From assembly GCA_963920595.1 (NCBI GenBank), contig OY986950.1, positions 4,402,001-4,466,000 on the forward strand: a stretch of 64,000 bases of DNA, read 5' to 3'. The notes under the pieces were generated by a model, which was not told the DNA's origin, did not search any database, and worked only from the letters and a program-made list of their open reading frames with translations. Shown here in pieces: positions 35,409 through 48,348 of the stretch. Every line of letters starts with the position of its first letter. Position 1 is the stretch's first letter. The stretch is from Eimeria praecox (lineage: Eukaryota). The translations under genes and the position numbers were made by a program.

Positions 35409-36542
35409 ATGGCCTCTCTACGCGATCTGCGAATGCCGGCTTGGCACGAACTGCAACGTTATCTCACAGATCCTGAGATTCTGACATCGGAAATCTTGTT
35501 CTTGATTTTAACTTTATCGAACATTTTTGTTGTTTATCGTCTATTCCTCGATGTGGTCCCATTCCCGATCTTTGTTACCTGGTGGCAGCTGGCCCAGGGC
35601 CTGTTGATGGCTTGGTGCCTTGGTGAAGTCGGAAAGGAATACCCCAAGTTGGCATACTTCTCAAGAGTTGAAATAGACAAGAGGCTTTTGAGAAGACTGT
35701 TTGTTCCCACAGTTGTCAACGCTCTTATGCTGGTCCTAGCGAACTTCCTGCTCTACCGCGTGCAGTGCATTGCAACACTTCCTGTGGTTGTTGCCTTTGC
35801 GGTTGTGCTTCACCACGTCACCCGATTTGTGGGTTGTGGAGAGGAGTACATGCCTATGCGTTGGCAAGCCATTGGTTTGCTGTTCTTAGCCTTTCTCCTG
35901 GGCATCACCGACTCGAAAACCGTTGGCTCTGACGTGTTGCCTTGGGCTCTGCTTTACGCGATCTTCTCCGCCGCCTTCCGCGCCGCTTTCCTTCAAAAAG
36001 TTATGCACGAAGTTGAAGGCAAAGGGAACCTCCTGCACAACCACCAGCACCTCATCTCTGTCATCATTCTACCGATTTTGATGATCGTGTGCGGCGAGGG
36101 TTCAGTGCTCAGTGCCATGCCAATGAATTTTGACTCTCTCTACACATGGCAGACTTGGGGATGCCTCTTTACCGTCGGAGCCTTGCCCTTCCTGAAGAAC
36201 ATTGTCTCGAACCGCCTCATCCGTAGAACAGGTCAAGGCCCATGGCGTTTCCTTGAGGTTTTGTCAATTTTCTTTGTCTTCATTATCGGCATCACATTCG
36301 GCACCCCTGGGTGGCAAGGATACATTGCAATCATGCTGGTTATTGCTGGACGTGCCCTCGGAGCGTGCGATGTCCTTCTCAACGCTGCAGAAGCAGAACA
36401 AAACGAAATGAACCGCAATCCGTCCCGCCCAGCAGACGCCGAGGGAGGCGAGCTGGAACGCGGCTCTGGGTCCAAGCAGTATCTGCACTCCATAGAAGAA
36501 GACAGCGGCGAAGTGAGTCCTAATGTGGCTTTGAGCCAGTAG
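35409..36542 (+). CDS. GAP40: Glideosome-associated protein 40-like polytopic membrane protein (DMT/nucleotide-sugar-transporter-like fold)
   Basis: 377-aa ORF with about 9-10 hydrophobic segments. TDPEILTSEILF...VYRLFLD..PFP..VTWWQLAQG and GCGEEYMPMRW are recognised from apicomplexan GAP40. Charged C-terminal tail. Confidence 0.78.
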   Translation: MASLRDLRMPAWHELQRYLTDPEILTSEILFLILTLSNIFVVYRLFLDVVPFPIFVTWWQLAQGLLMAWCLGEVGKEYPKLAYFSRVEIDKRLLRRLFVPTVVNALMLVLANFLLYRVQCIATLPVVVAFAVVLHHVTRFVGCGEEYMPMRWQAIGLLFLAFLLGITDSKTVGSDVLPWALLYAIFSAAFRAAFLQKVMHEVEGKGNLLHNHQHLISVIILPILMIVCGEGSVLSAMPMNFDSLYTWQTWGCLFTVGALPFLKNIVSNRLIRRTGQGPWRFLEVLSIFFVFIIGITFGTPGWQGYIAIMLVIAGRALGACDVLLNAAEAEQNEMNRNPSRPADAEGGELERGSGSKQYLHSIEEDSGEVSPNVALSQ

Positions 36543-39144
36543 AAAGCTTAAGCCAAATCGCACACACCCGCAATTTTTGAAGAAACATATGGGGTGGATG
36601 TGTTGCTCTTTTTTTGCTTTCAGGCCTATGGGGAACTTCCAGAAGGCGAAGAGCATGAAATGTAACCCACCGAGTCCAAAATTCTCATGTGCTTTAGTTC
36701 CGTTTAGTTTAATTTACAGCTGCGACGCTTGCTGGTTCAGGCGCTGCCGAGATTTAGACACATAGTTTGTGGGTCGATATGCCAGAGGTTCCGGCCATCT
36801 GTGCATAAATGTAGGGCTTGCATTTTTTTGCCACCCTCCGGGCGGCATCTACTTTTCCAAGTTCAAAGTGCAAACAATATTTAAGGTGCCCAGAGCTACA
36901 AGCTCGCAGGTCAACATTTATTTTGGCATGTAAAGCCCCTTTACTGACCCTCGCGGGCCTTTTCGTAACAACTGCCACCCGTGTGGTTTAGAGGTTCATA
37001 TGATGCGACTGTACGATTCTTTGCAACGCCGCCGTATAACTAGGTCGTAGACTTGGCTGCTGACAGTTTTAATGAACACAGCCCCAAAAGGGAGAAATAT
37101 GCCATCGAGAATTCCCGATGGAAAACAGTTCCTAACGCTGCAAAAGCTACAAGAATCCTCGAACATCCCTGGAACACATTATTTTACTAATCAATTTCTA
37201 GTGTTCAATACCTAGTAGGATCGTTTACAGCTAACCACCACAAATTTCATAGTATATTAATATTAGTTTGATCAAAGATATTTTTGCACCTTTACAGTCC
37301 GTAATTTTTTGGAAAATTTCCCTCATTATTGCACTTGAATCTGGACCATTGAATCCGTCCGGAATTATATTCAATGCTGGTCAACTATCTTAAGATGAAC
37401 TTGACAGTTGAATGCAGAAATGCTAAAAGCATATCGATTAATACTGTCATCAACATTATGAACAGGGCTTCTAATCTCAGATCCCATGCCCTTTAAGCTG
37501 AATAGAGCAAGATTACCACACAATATATTGCAGTAGTGGGCGTCTCCAAATGCATTCATTTTAAAAGCAATTGATAGCAATATTAGTGAGATACAAACCC
37601 AAAGAATATGCAATTGGAAAATATATGGGTAGTACGGATAAATGTTTAAAGAATATATATTTGAAAGTGAAATTGCACTTACATGCTTTTATCAATATAT
37701 CTTGTTATTAGAATTCTTAAACTTAAATGCATAGGTTGCAGAGCATCAACGTGTGCAGGAATATGAGCAAATGTTTTTCAGGAACAGTTACACAAAAACC
37801 CTCAATCTAATTATTGGTAAATGATAAATGCGGTTGAGGAGTAGTGATGAATTTAAGTTCAACCAAGTCGCAAGCTGGATACAAAGATTTGCGTCCACAA
37901 AACTAAAGTCAGATTTCTTGTGTAAGTATATGCCCATGTACAATGGTTTTGTTTTTATTAGGTGGGATTCAATATATTGCTTGCAAAAGGTGCTTGTAAC
38001 GTTGCTCCATAGATCATTATTCAACTACTGAAAATAGAAATAACGGCTAAAATTAAAAAAAGGCTAAGGACTGAATTTCAAGTTTTGTCCGTTCCCTACT
38101 GACACTGATACCACTAGGCAAAGCAGATATTGAACTAGCATCTACTTTGAGGGGTAATCCTACGCAAAGGCCCCCTTCCATCGCATCCCACTTGGTGCAT
38201 TTGTTGCTTTAACTGGTTGTTTTCTCTTCCTAAGGATTCATCTTGCTAGTGCAGCTAATGCCTCCAATGGGAATACTTCAGACTCTTCATATGCGATGAA
38301 AACACTTTAGATTCTCCAAGTTTCATAGTACGGTATTTTGCATTATTGGGTGCTACATGAAAAGCCTTACCAATGCACTCCATTGTTAGGACTTAATGTC
38401 ATGGAACGAAAAGTTCCTGCCGAGGCAGGAACACCCTGTGGTAGCGGTGGTGCTGCTTCGAGAGCTGCGTATACCTGAGTCTCGGTGGGGGCACTCGAGA
38501 GCAGCAATTCCACAATCAGACAGTGCAGCTCCTGCTGCTGACTTTGCATTCTGCTACAGATCCCCAGGGGGAGCAGCTAACTATCCGACAGACGCAGCAA
38601 CAGCTTCTGCACTTGCTGGAGCAGTTGCCGCTCTTGCTTCACCTGCTTGCAGGTACTTAACTGGAAACAACTAGTTTGAGGTTCTCCCTATTGTAGGGCG
38701 CCAGAGATCCGCTGCTCCACACCAAACTTAGGATTGGTAGGGCAGGCGTAACTGAAGCCTTTGCAAACTGGAAAGGAATGAGTTTGCATTCCTGCCCGTC
38801 CGCATAGGCTCGCTGAGTGACACAGGTGACACAATAGTCCCGCTAAATAAGTGCTGCAGTATAGCATACCATGCTGAAGATGAACAACGACCCAGCCAAG
38901 CATAGATCCGAAGCAGCGGAAATAACGCTTTGGGGTGGCGGTCAATGGAACGTTCACGCGGCAACAAGGCCATGAGAGAACGCGCGGGGATACGCATAGA
39001 AATCCCGAAGAGTTCTCCGCAGACGGAGCCTCGCAAGCCAGACGGACGAATTGCGCAGTTCGAAAAATGCCGTTGACTAGGCAGCGAGACAGCCAGCTAG
39101 CACCCGGTCCGAGGCGCCTAAAGGCAATCGCTGGCCTAGAGAGC

Positions 39145-41276
39145 CTAGAGGCCATCACTGAAGATGAGTTTTGGCCGTATCCTCGCAGGAAACCACTTCT
39201 GTTCAGACGGGCGGCCAAGAGAGTGCTGGACGTAGCGGACTCCCTGAGCAACGCGCATTTACACGCAGGCGCTGCATCCGTACCATGTCAACTTGAAAGT
39301 GAAAGCGAAATATGCCTTTCGGGCCTAAACGCTGTAACAAACTGCTGCATCCTTGCCTCTAAGTGAATATTGCCTGTGCAAGTACTATGCACTGCATAGT
39401 CAGGAAGACATCCCTGAAAGGAAGTCGTGGAACGCACCTCGATATGGTGATCGATGTTAACGTGGGAATGCCCAAAGACATGCATTGAGCCTTGGGCCTG
39501 CCTGAGCTGCTCGTCTATACGGGTGGAGCCCATAACATACGCCAGTGCCCCAGGGTTTAGTGGATAAAGCTTTGCCAATTCCGCGCGAGGCAGAAAGTGC
39601 GAAAAAGTAATGACAAACATGGGGTCCTCGGGGCAAGGAGACTCCTGCCCAGGTGTGCCTTCTGGAGAAGAACCTAAGCCAACATCGGAATCCGTCGCAT
39701 GCGAACTATTGTCACTTTCTGGCCACCTGGTGTGACCGATATTCGGCCCTGGCACACGAGCACGAGCTGCGTAGTCACGCATATCTGAGACAGGGGGCCG
39801 AGCTTCAACGGACTGCGCATTTCTCCCACGCCGGCAGCCCTTTCTGCAAGGGCTTTTGGAGTTGCTCACGAAAAAGCCTCTGCGCTCATTTTCAGCTGCA
39901 AAGAACTCCGATAGACTCAAAGGCATGCCCCAGGCGTCTGTGAACCGCCGGGGGGCGCAGCTGGGCAGCACGGCATTTGGCGCATTCCCTGGGTTCTCGC
40001 CAGACCACCAAAGATGAAGAGGCTTGCAAGTGGCATCAGATGCCCACTCGGTCCCACGAGGTACGCAAGCGGGTTCCTTCCTTCCCAAATCATCAGCTGC
40101 AGCAGGGGCCAGAGCGGAAGCAGCCGGTGCACCAGGCGCACTTGTAGACTTGCACACACACCGCCTACTCTTGCCAAGGCTCATCCCACTGAACCGTCTA
40201 AACAACGATGCCTCGGCCCCGTTTCTTCCGACGCTGCTGCACTCTGTGCTAAGCTGGGCACCCGACTTGGGGTCATTGTTGCTCAGCGGGAGTGGCCATC
40301 TGCACGCGGTGTAGTCCATCCAGTTTTCAGCCAAAGACAGCAAAAGATTAGAACTAATGCCCCGGCTGCTGCCAAAAGGAGAAACGCCGTGATTTGCTTT
40401 CGCAGGGTGAGACTGATTGGTAGGTGGAGCCACTGGCTGAGGCTGGTGTGAGTGCGCAACAACGCGACGGAAATGGGGGTCAAATTCGTCGTACCATGAG
40501 AAAAGGGGGACTAAGCGTACTTTACTAGAAGGGGAAAATGGGCTAGTATGGATACCCAAGGATTCGCACACCCGCAAAATGCTGTCAAATTTCTGCAGGC
40601 TATCAGTTATACCTGCACAACGAAAGCACACCAGTGGAACCTCCCCAACCGAGATAGCCTAGCTCACCGTAACCATGGGTAAACTCTAGTGGAAGAGGAA
40701 TCAGAGATGGCAATGCACACACCTACCAGTCTCGTGTGGGCAGAAGCATGTAGTGAGCACGGCAGCGGCAACCAGCTACTGGTTTCTGCATCAACAGCCT
40801 GCCTCATCTGGTTCTGGTGAGAGCTGCAGCTTACCCATATCTCTGTCCTTTTGTGTCACCCACAGCTCGTGGTTTCCTGGTACGAAGGCAACGTGGCCAA
40901 AAACTGAGCAGAATAGTTTAAGGGAGTCTTTCAAACCCTCTAATTCGTGGTGCACATCCCCAGCAAGAATAAGCACATCATCGGCAAAATTCTCGTTGAG
41001 CGGTGACGATGCTTTTTTGACAACCTCCCACAGCTTTCCTATATTGCCCGCTATTGTACCAGTGAGTGGAGGCCATACTGGTGCTTCCCCTGCAGCGCTG
41101 GTCTGTGTAGAGGCGGCTAATCCGTCACAAGAATTTCGGTTAGGGGTGTCATGACCGTCGCTGCTCCGATTCTGTGTAGATTCTCGGCATTTCCTGTGCA
41201 GCTGGCAAAACTGCTTGACGAGGTCAAGGTTCACTTTGCTCTCAAGATGGAGGTCAGACCATGCGAAAATACGCAT
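39145..41276 (-). CDS. Calcineurin-like metallophosphoesterase (3 exons)
   Basis: Metal-binding motifs SDLH, AGDV, PGNHELW, TFSHFLP and HVFGHSH, plus PLFSWYD. Last exon GVRYVQHSLGRP...DGL*. Confidence 0.9.
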
Positions 41277-42239
41277 TTTTGCGGAAGCAGGAAGTGAAAG
41301 GGAATATTTTAAAGGGCAGATCGCAACAGATCTTTACGCCTGGCACTGTCCGCCTTGACACTCTTTGACGCCGTCAGCCGCTTGTGCGCCCCAGCTGGTG
41401 GAAGCTTGACGAAAATATCTAATGACAAAGTGATTACAGAAAGAGAAACAAAAAGCATTTGAGCCTATGGTCCAATGCAGCGTGCTGTTTCAGCATGCTG
41501 GCTCCTGCGGATAGCAACTCCGTCGCACGGAACTGCGTGTATGGCTATTTGGAAGGTTTCTTCCTCACAACCCGTGAAGCAGCTTTGAAGACCCTTTCTG
41601 CTTTACTCCTGATCGCAATGCTAAGGCGATTTTCCCGTCGTGGCAGCACATGCAATTGCTAGGTCAGTGAATGCAGCGACGTTAGGTGGTGCAGAGAGGG
41701 TTCGTTCGAAGTCCATAGGGCAATGCAGCACTTAGAGAAGTCTTTGGGGAGGAACTTCTGTCCCTTCGTCAAAATCAATGCCACAAAGCCCACTTTTTGT
41801 AGATATGTGATAAATAATTTGGCATTTATGCCTGCTTGTGGGGTGCCACCGCAGGCTGGTCGCGCCGCCGACACATCGCGGACCACTGCTCGGTGACCAG
41901 CCCCATCTATTACGCCCCCAAGCCCTCCCTGCCGCCTCCCTCTACAGACCTCCTGCCTTCTATTGAAAGGGTCAATTAGACAGGAGCCCACTGAAAGAAA
42001 ACACTTACCAGCAACCACTGCTGGAACGCTAGTGGCGGCTGTGCACAGAGTGTTACAGGAGTGCTATAGACACAAGGCGGGCCTAACGGGTACGTAACAC
42101 TGAAAGTTATGCACTTTTAGCTCAATAGTATTTGTTTGAATAATTGATAAGTTGGGAATAGAGGCAGTTCTGGAGCAGCCAAACTTGATGAATGCTCAGC
42201 TGCCGCTCAACTTTGTGCAGGAAGAGATGCATATGAGGG

Positions 42240-43150
42240 TTGAACCAACATGAAGCAGGGCCTGCAAGAGGTCTGTAGACACATGGATACTTGTGTGCAT
42301 GATGATTACCGGGCCAAATGTAAGTGTTCAGTGGCTGCGTGCTGTATTAGTGGATGCTTGGGACGGGAGCTTGCGTACGGTTGTTTGTAGGGTCGCCTTG
42401 AGCCACGAGGTGCAGCATTTTCTGCCGAAGGGGCGCTGATCACGGCAGGCTCTTCTTCCAGCCACCAGCCTCATGACACCGGGTTACTGTGCTCGGGAAG
42501 CCGGGTGCCGGGATATGAATTACATTGTTTAAAGGGGAGTGTATCGTCAGTATTGTGACTCCATTGCAGCTCACGACAGTCCACGGCTAGGGCAGAGGAA
42601 TGCCGTCGCTTTTGATGGGAAGGTGCGGCTTGGAAAGGCAAGCGCAGTCTGGGAACCTGTGTAGTAGGGGACTGCCAGTCGACAGTTCAGGCCTCTTCTC
42701 CATTCGAGAAATGGGGGATAATTAGGATTTATCATCTGCCGGGGAGGGTACTGACGGCTGGGTCGTAGAGTTAGAATAAAGGCGATCTCGGCAGTCCATC
42801 CACCGGAAAACGCTTCTGTGGCAAGGACAGTTCACAATGAAAATCGCTTCCTCTGTCAAGTGGCCCAATATCGACGGAACGGCGATGTGAGGCAAATGAA
42901 GGGATGCCTAACTTCTGTAGAGCTCTATTTTCATCTTCAAAATGCACCTCAAAAGCGCCATTACTGATGGAATTGTTGTTAATAGAAAGGGAAGAATCAC
43001 AACGGTAGCTCTGCCCGGCCACGGGCACTTGTGTGAAAAACTCCACATAATATAACAACTCAGGAGCTTCTGGGGCCCTAAGGATCTCAGGACTGCATGA
43101 ACTGCAAGTCACCGCAACCAGATACAGTTGATGGCAAAGGGCTGGATCGA
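42240..43150 (+). mobile_element. Ty3/gypsy relic E3 (gag fragment in + orientation, possible LTR upstream)
   Basis: ~42870-43010 reads GDVRQMKGCLTSVELYFHLQNAP and aligns at DNA level (tttcatcttcaaaa...) with the E4 gag at ~47560-47700. The LTR similarity at 42240-42560 is weak. Confidence 0.55.
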
Positions 43151-43334
43151 GAAGAAAGCTGTGGCCGAAAGGGGATGCTGCTAATGATTGAGCTCCCAGT
43201 TCTTCTGCTTCTCTTTAAAATTAATTATGATTCGATTCTGCTAGTTCTTTTTGTAGTCAGAGTTATTTTAGAGCCAGAAGGACGTAAACCCCCTCAATCT
43301 GAACCCACTTCTTGCTAGTTACCCTTAGCAAGTG

Positions 43335-46300
43335 TGTAGCGGTCTTCGATCTTAGCTGAGGACTGCTGCGAGCTTCATAGATACTGAAAGAAAGAGTTCC
43401 TCCGAAAGCAGCTGACCACCCCTTTCGCCTCGTGGCCTCTTTGCCAGAGCCACCCAACGGCGTTGGGCTGGTGGAGCCGCACGTGGGCCTGCTAAGAGCA
43501 CCGATGCACCTTGCTGCAGCTAGTGCTCCATGGCTGGTCCGTACGTACACACAACCCAAATTCCTTAGCTGCATGCTGCAGCAGTGTAGACTGCAGTATA
43601 GACAGTCGTTAAAGGCTTCCATGGCCCTCTGTCTTGAGCTGGCGGGCCATTAGAGATGCGAGTAGCGATGCCATAGAGAGCACGCCACACCCACTCTCTC
43701 CCTCTCCCCCAGACGGCGCATATCCTTGTGCCCCAAGTCCCCCGTGAGAAAAAAATGACGAAAAGCAGGAAAAGGTAAATGCATGGAAGAATCTCCTGCC
43801 AGAGCGCGAAAGCCGGGAGAGCATGATCGGGACCCACCAGCATCAGATGTAGGTGAACCAAGCCACAAAATATGGGGAAAAAAGGAGTAGGTAGCGGCCC
43901 GAACTGGCTAACTAGATATACAAGGAATACAGTACATCATGCGTGTCAAGGGTCACCGGATCCTCCAGCTGCTTCCTCTGTCAGATGTTGCTGCCGTTGT
44001 GTGCTTAAGACTCGAGGAAGGCAGAAAGGTAGCTGGCCCCCTGCGCCACATAATTGGGGGTGCGGCAGGCCCCACGCTTCTTCTGCTGGTGGTTCCCCCG
44101 AAATCCTCTATGTGCAAGAAGATGCGCGTTGTGCTGAAAGCTGAGATGGGCTGCATACAAGATGCAAGAAACATTTTGCTGCTCTAGAGAAAAAAGTTGT
44201 AGATGCATATGCGCTGCAGCTGCCCGGTTACCAGCAGCAGCAGCCTTTGGATTGCTGATAATATCTGGGCCAGCAACACACGTGGGCGATGGCGTCCCTC
44301 AGCGCGAGAAAATATTGGCCCGCTTCGCGGTTCATTGCTAGCAAGAGGGTGGGGGGACCCCTTTCGGGAACCCATGCGTGGGAGTGACAACGGAGCTTGG
44401 CTTGGGAAGAACTCAGAGCAGGCATTACCGTTACAGAGGTCCTTATCAGCCTCCCGATGCAGACATCTACCTACGGAGGCCAGTCAATACTGCCGTTGCT
44501 ACCCTTTCTTTCGCCGCGCTTGCTTCTGTTGCTCGTGTCAAGCGGAAGAGCTCGCAAATGCATCCCTCCAGGAGCCTTCTCTACTTCAAGGCACGAGAAC
44601 AGTAACTGTAATCGTTGGTGCTGCTGCTGTGTATACAAGCGGAAAGGGGTCCGCTGTGTGCCGTGGCATCTGTGACGCGGGAGCATCGGTCTCGTATTGC
44701 TCTTGCGCGGCTATGCTCTTTGGGCTTTGCTCCTTGCGGAGGTCGATGCGCAAGAGGGGGTCTAGTTCCTGGTTGCTTTATTGCTGTGAGCGATTATGGC
44801 GGCGTATGTACAAGTGAACGTTTTGCGCAGTACACGCTCTCCACCTCATCCGGCGTTGCTCAAAAGACGACAACTGACGGAAGCCGTTGATGTCCTGTCG
44901 ACGCGCCTCCTGAACGGCCCGCTTCCTCAACATATCGCACCAGTTCCTCTTCAGAGCACTGGCTTTCGCTGTTCTGCAACATGAAAAGCAACTGCTGCGG
45001 AGGGACTTCTTGTTTTCCCCCCAGCTGTTCCTGCCGTAGACACCTAGCGACTTTTTCATTATCACACTCATGAAAGCTCTTCCTTAGGTGTTTCAGGGAT
45101 TTACTGTTGGATTGAACAGTGAAATGCCTGCCACACAAGTAATGCCGACACCATTTTACTTCCCACTGGACCGCAGCGAGCTCTCTCTCGTATGCCTGGT
45201 ATTTCTGCTCCCTTCTCGTGAAGCGGTTTGAGTGGAAGGCAATTATTTCGTGGTTTTTCGAGTCAGTGATCCGCTGAGAGCTAATTACCCGAAATGCTAT
45301 GCCAGAGGAGTCCGTCATTAGGAAGAAATTCTCAGGCATCTACGAAGACAAAGCTGCCAGATGCTGAGGTATCTATCAGCTGTATCTTCTTTAGCAGTCA
45401 AAGTTGTTTGTCTTTTTAAAGTGGATCCGCTAGAGGGGCCAAGATGCGAATCGAGCAAAGAACTTGCGGTATGCCAAACCGACACGGGACGTCCATATGA
45501 GTGCACACGGATAGCAGCTACGTTCGAATCGCCTCTGTCTTTTCCGGGTCTGGTTCGGCTTCTGCTGCACACAGCAAACCCTAAAAAACTGATAGGTTGC
45601 ACAGAAGAAACGCCTTTATGCTTTCAGTAGCCACTGGTTCTCGCCCAACAGTTGCAGAGCACAATTCAGGCGCTGCAAATGCTCTTCCACGCCCTGGATG
45701 AACACATGCACATCATCCATATATATACCATACCTCATCGCTTGGCCACAAGAAGTCCTGCTTGGCCTGTTGCTGCACTTCGGGTGGTGCATTCATGAAC
45801 CCAAACGGCAAACTCTGGTCTTGTACCTCTCGTCTGCATGGACTTGGATGTGCAAAAGAACGTTACGGGAGTCTAATGATGAATTGACTGGTGAACCGTA
45901 GAAGCAGTCAAGTAGTTAGTCGATCATGGCCACTCGAAACTCTTGTTATATTGTGCCTTTGTTAAGGGGCTTGAACTCCACGCACACGCACCATCTCCTA
46001 TTCTTTCTTCGTCAACGCCGGTTTGTGGCGGAACGCACTTTTTGACTGTTGACTGTTGCCCCGTTTGATCAGCTTTTGTGCTTACAGCTTGAATTCCTTT
46101 TTGATATGTGGCGGTTGCTGGCACCTTTGAACAAAGCTACGCTGGGTATGAGCTCCAGGGAGCGTTCAGATGCTGGCCTGCCCTCTGGAATCTCCTTGCC
46201 ATTGAGTATACCTGGGAACTCTTCCTTCAACTTTGCCCGCTTCTGCAGTTCCTCGACTGTTAACTGGAACGAACCCCGCAAATTACGGTCCTCATAGGAC

Positions 46301-48348
46301 CATCACGCTGGAGGTTCAACATATCTCCTTCGTTTCTTGCAGTGCCTCTGCGCTGCATAGAAGCTTCCTCGCTACTTTTTCCTTGGGGCACTGATTCCAC
46401 TTTTCTCACCGTATAGGATGGTAATGCTGTTTAAAAAGCTGAGAGGTGCACTATCTTAACGCTTTCTCGCATATACACCTCTTTAGTGTCGTCTGAAGAC
46501 CACATGTGCACCCTTGACTGAATCACTTACGGCATGCCTGGGATTGCGTCGTGGTGAACTGGACCAGCAGACAAGCCCCGTCTCATATTAGTAAAGTGAC
46601 ACATTTCTGGAGATAGGTCGCATTATCTGCAATTCTATCGATTCTCGTTTCCTATCTGTTATCTGCAAAGCATAGTCGCGGAGATTACTTCCCTGAATGA
46701 ACCGATAGGCTCCTCCTTCTCGCCGAAGCCTCAGATATCAGATCCGCTTCTCCGCCTGTGTCAACAAGAGCAAAGAGCTCTTGCCCATTAATACGAACTT
46801 GGAGAAGGACTAACTTAACTCATGGAGAACCTGTCGGCCCGGATATTATCCCATTAGGCCCCATCGATGAGCGGCGCGTTGCATGGGGCCCCGGATGTTT
46901 CCGGGAGAGTTTTGTTTGCTTCCCTGACGGTGCTATTGAAGGTCCTGCTTCTCCGGTTCTGTAGCCTTTTTATGGGCCAGAAATATAGATTATTTGACCT
47001 TCCGTACTGCAAAAGAAGCAGATACGTCGCTTGTTATGCCCTCCCAGCTTTCTAGTAGCCGAATTCGGTGGCTTTTGTCGGTTACTGCTTCCAATCCCTT
47101 TCTAGGCGAATGCGGCTTTCGCAAACTTAAGGTCGAGAGAATTTAAACCTGGGCTGTTTCTTAGCCCAATTTCATGTTTCTCAACTAGGGCTGTGGAAGT
47201 GGCCTTTTGTCTACCTTTATGCGAATGTACTTCTTCATCTGGGAGAGGGTCAACTGTTTCATCCTCTAGTTAGACCTTCCTTACCCTCCCAGTTATCGAT
47301 CGCCCTTCTGCGGGGCAAAGCCGGCTCAGGACCCAATCATATAGGACCCTCCCTTGCATTGACGGGCTTCTTTTCACCAGTGACGATACTTCTAGATGTA
47401 TCGTTCAGTAGACAATTTCCCTTGCTTGAGCTTTCTCAGTTCCGCCACGACCTGTTCCCTTGTGGACCTAGGAATAAATCTGCAGCGCAATGCATCGCGG
47501 AGACTTGCATGATCCGGATGTCCTCCGGGACGGCGACACCTTTGCTTAAATGCAGCCATCATCGTCGTGCATCCCGTTTTAATAGAGGAGATGCCTCTAC
47601 CAATCGCAAAATTTCCGATGCCTTTTGAAGATGAAAGCATAGGTCCAGGGAACTATGGGGAACTCCTCTACTGTCTCAGCGTCGTGGTGCCCGTCGTATC
47701 CGGATAGTCCCCAGAGGCGGGGGCATTCTTAATGTATTGTGCAAATGCACCCTTCACCGGATGAGATGCAAAAGTGGGTCTCATTGCCTTAAGGGCCCTC
47801 TGAAGGAATCTCATCCCCCCCGGGAGGCAGACCATGATCAATTCCCATGATGCAAAAGGATAGACAGAGGCTTTGATGAAGATTTACCCCCCAAAGTGCT
47901 CAGATGCTTTTTTTCAACTTTCGTCTTTTGAGCGGTTATTGCTACACCCTAACCTTCGCCGCTGCGGGGGTTTGTTTTGTTCCTCCCACCTATCCCGATG
48001 AACAATGCGGTGCCAACAAGCGTAACAACAGTCCTCGATCTCAGTCGTAAGCCGTCATGGGCTGCAAGAAAGTCAAACGCTCAAAGAAAAAGTTCGTAAA
48101 AATTCCCAACCACTCCATCCTCCAAGCCTTCTTGGCACTCCTTCCTAACGACCTGGAATTGGCAGGGAGAGTGGCGTCTACAACACAGTTTGCAGCAGCT
48201 ACTGTTTCCACGGAGCGCCACAAGAATGCGAAACCCATGCCACCTCTCTGCATGCGCTAGCAGTGTAGGCTGTACTGTAAACACTGGCTTTGTTCTTCCT
48301 CTGAGCATATAGGGATGCGAACACCAACATCCCACAGAACATGCTACA
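43335..48348 (-). mobile_element. Structurally complete but decayed Ty3/gypsy LTR retrotransposon E4
   Basis: LTRs at 48021-48348 and 43335-43689 with TGTAGC...GCTACA/GCCACA ends. PPT at 43690-43710. gag LRDALRCRFIPRSTREQVVAELRKLKQG, Zn knuckle RICFFCSTEGQ (~47010), protease FALVDTG (~46754-46774), RT YMDD (45712-45723), RNase H TDSSG...YERELAAV...HYLCGRHFTV (44860-45339) and GPY/F-like remnant at ~44030-44080. Confidence 0.92.
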
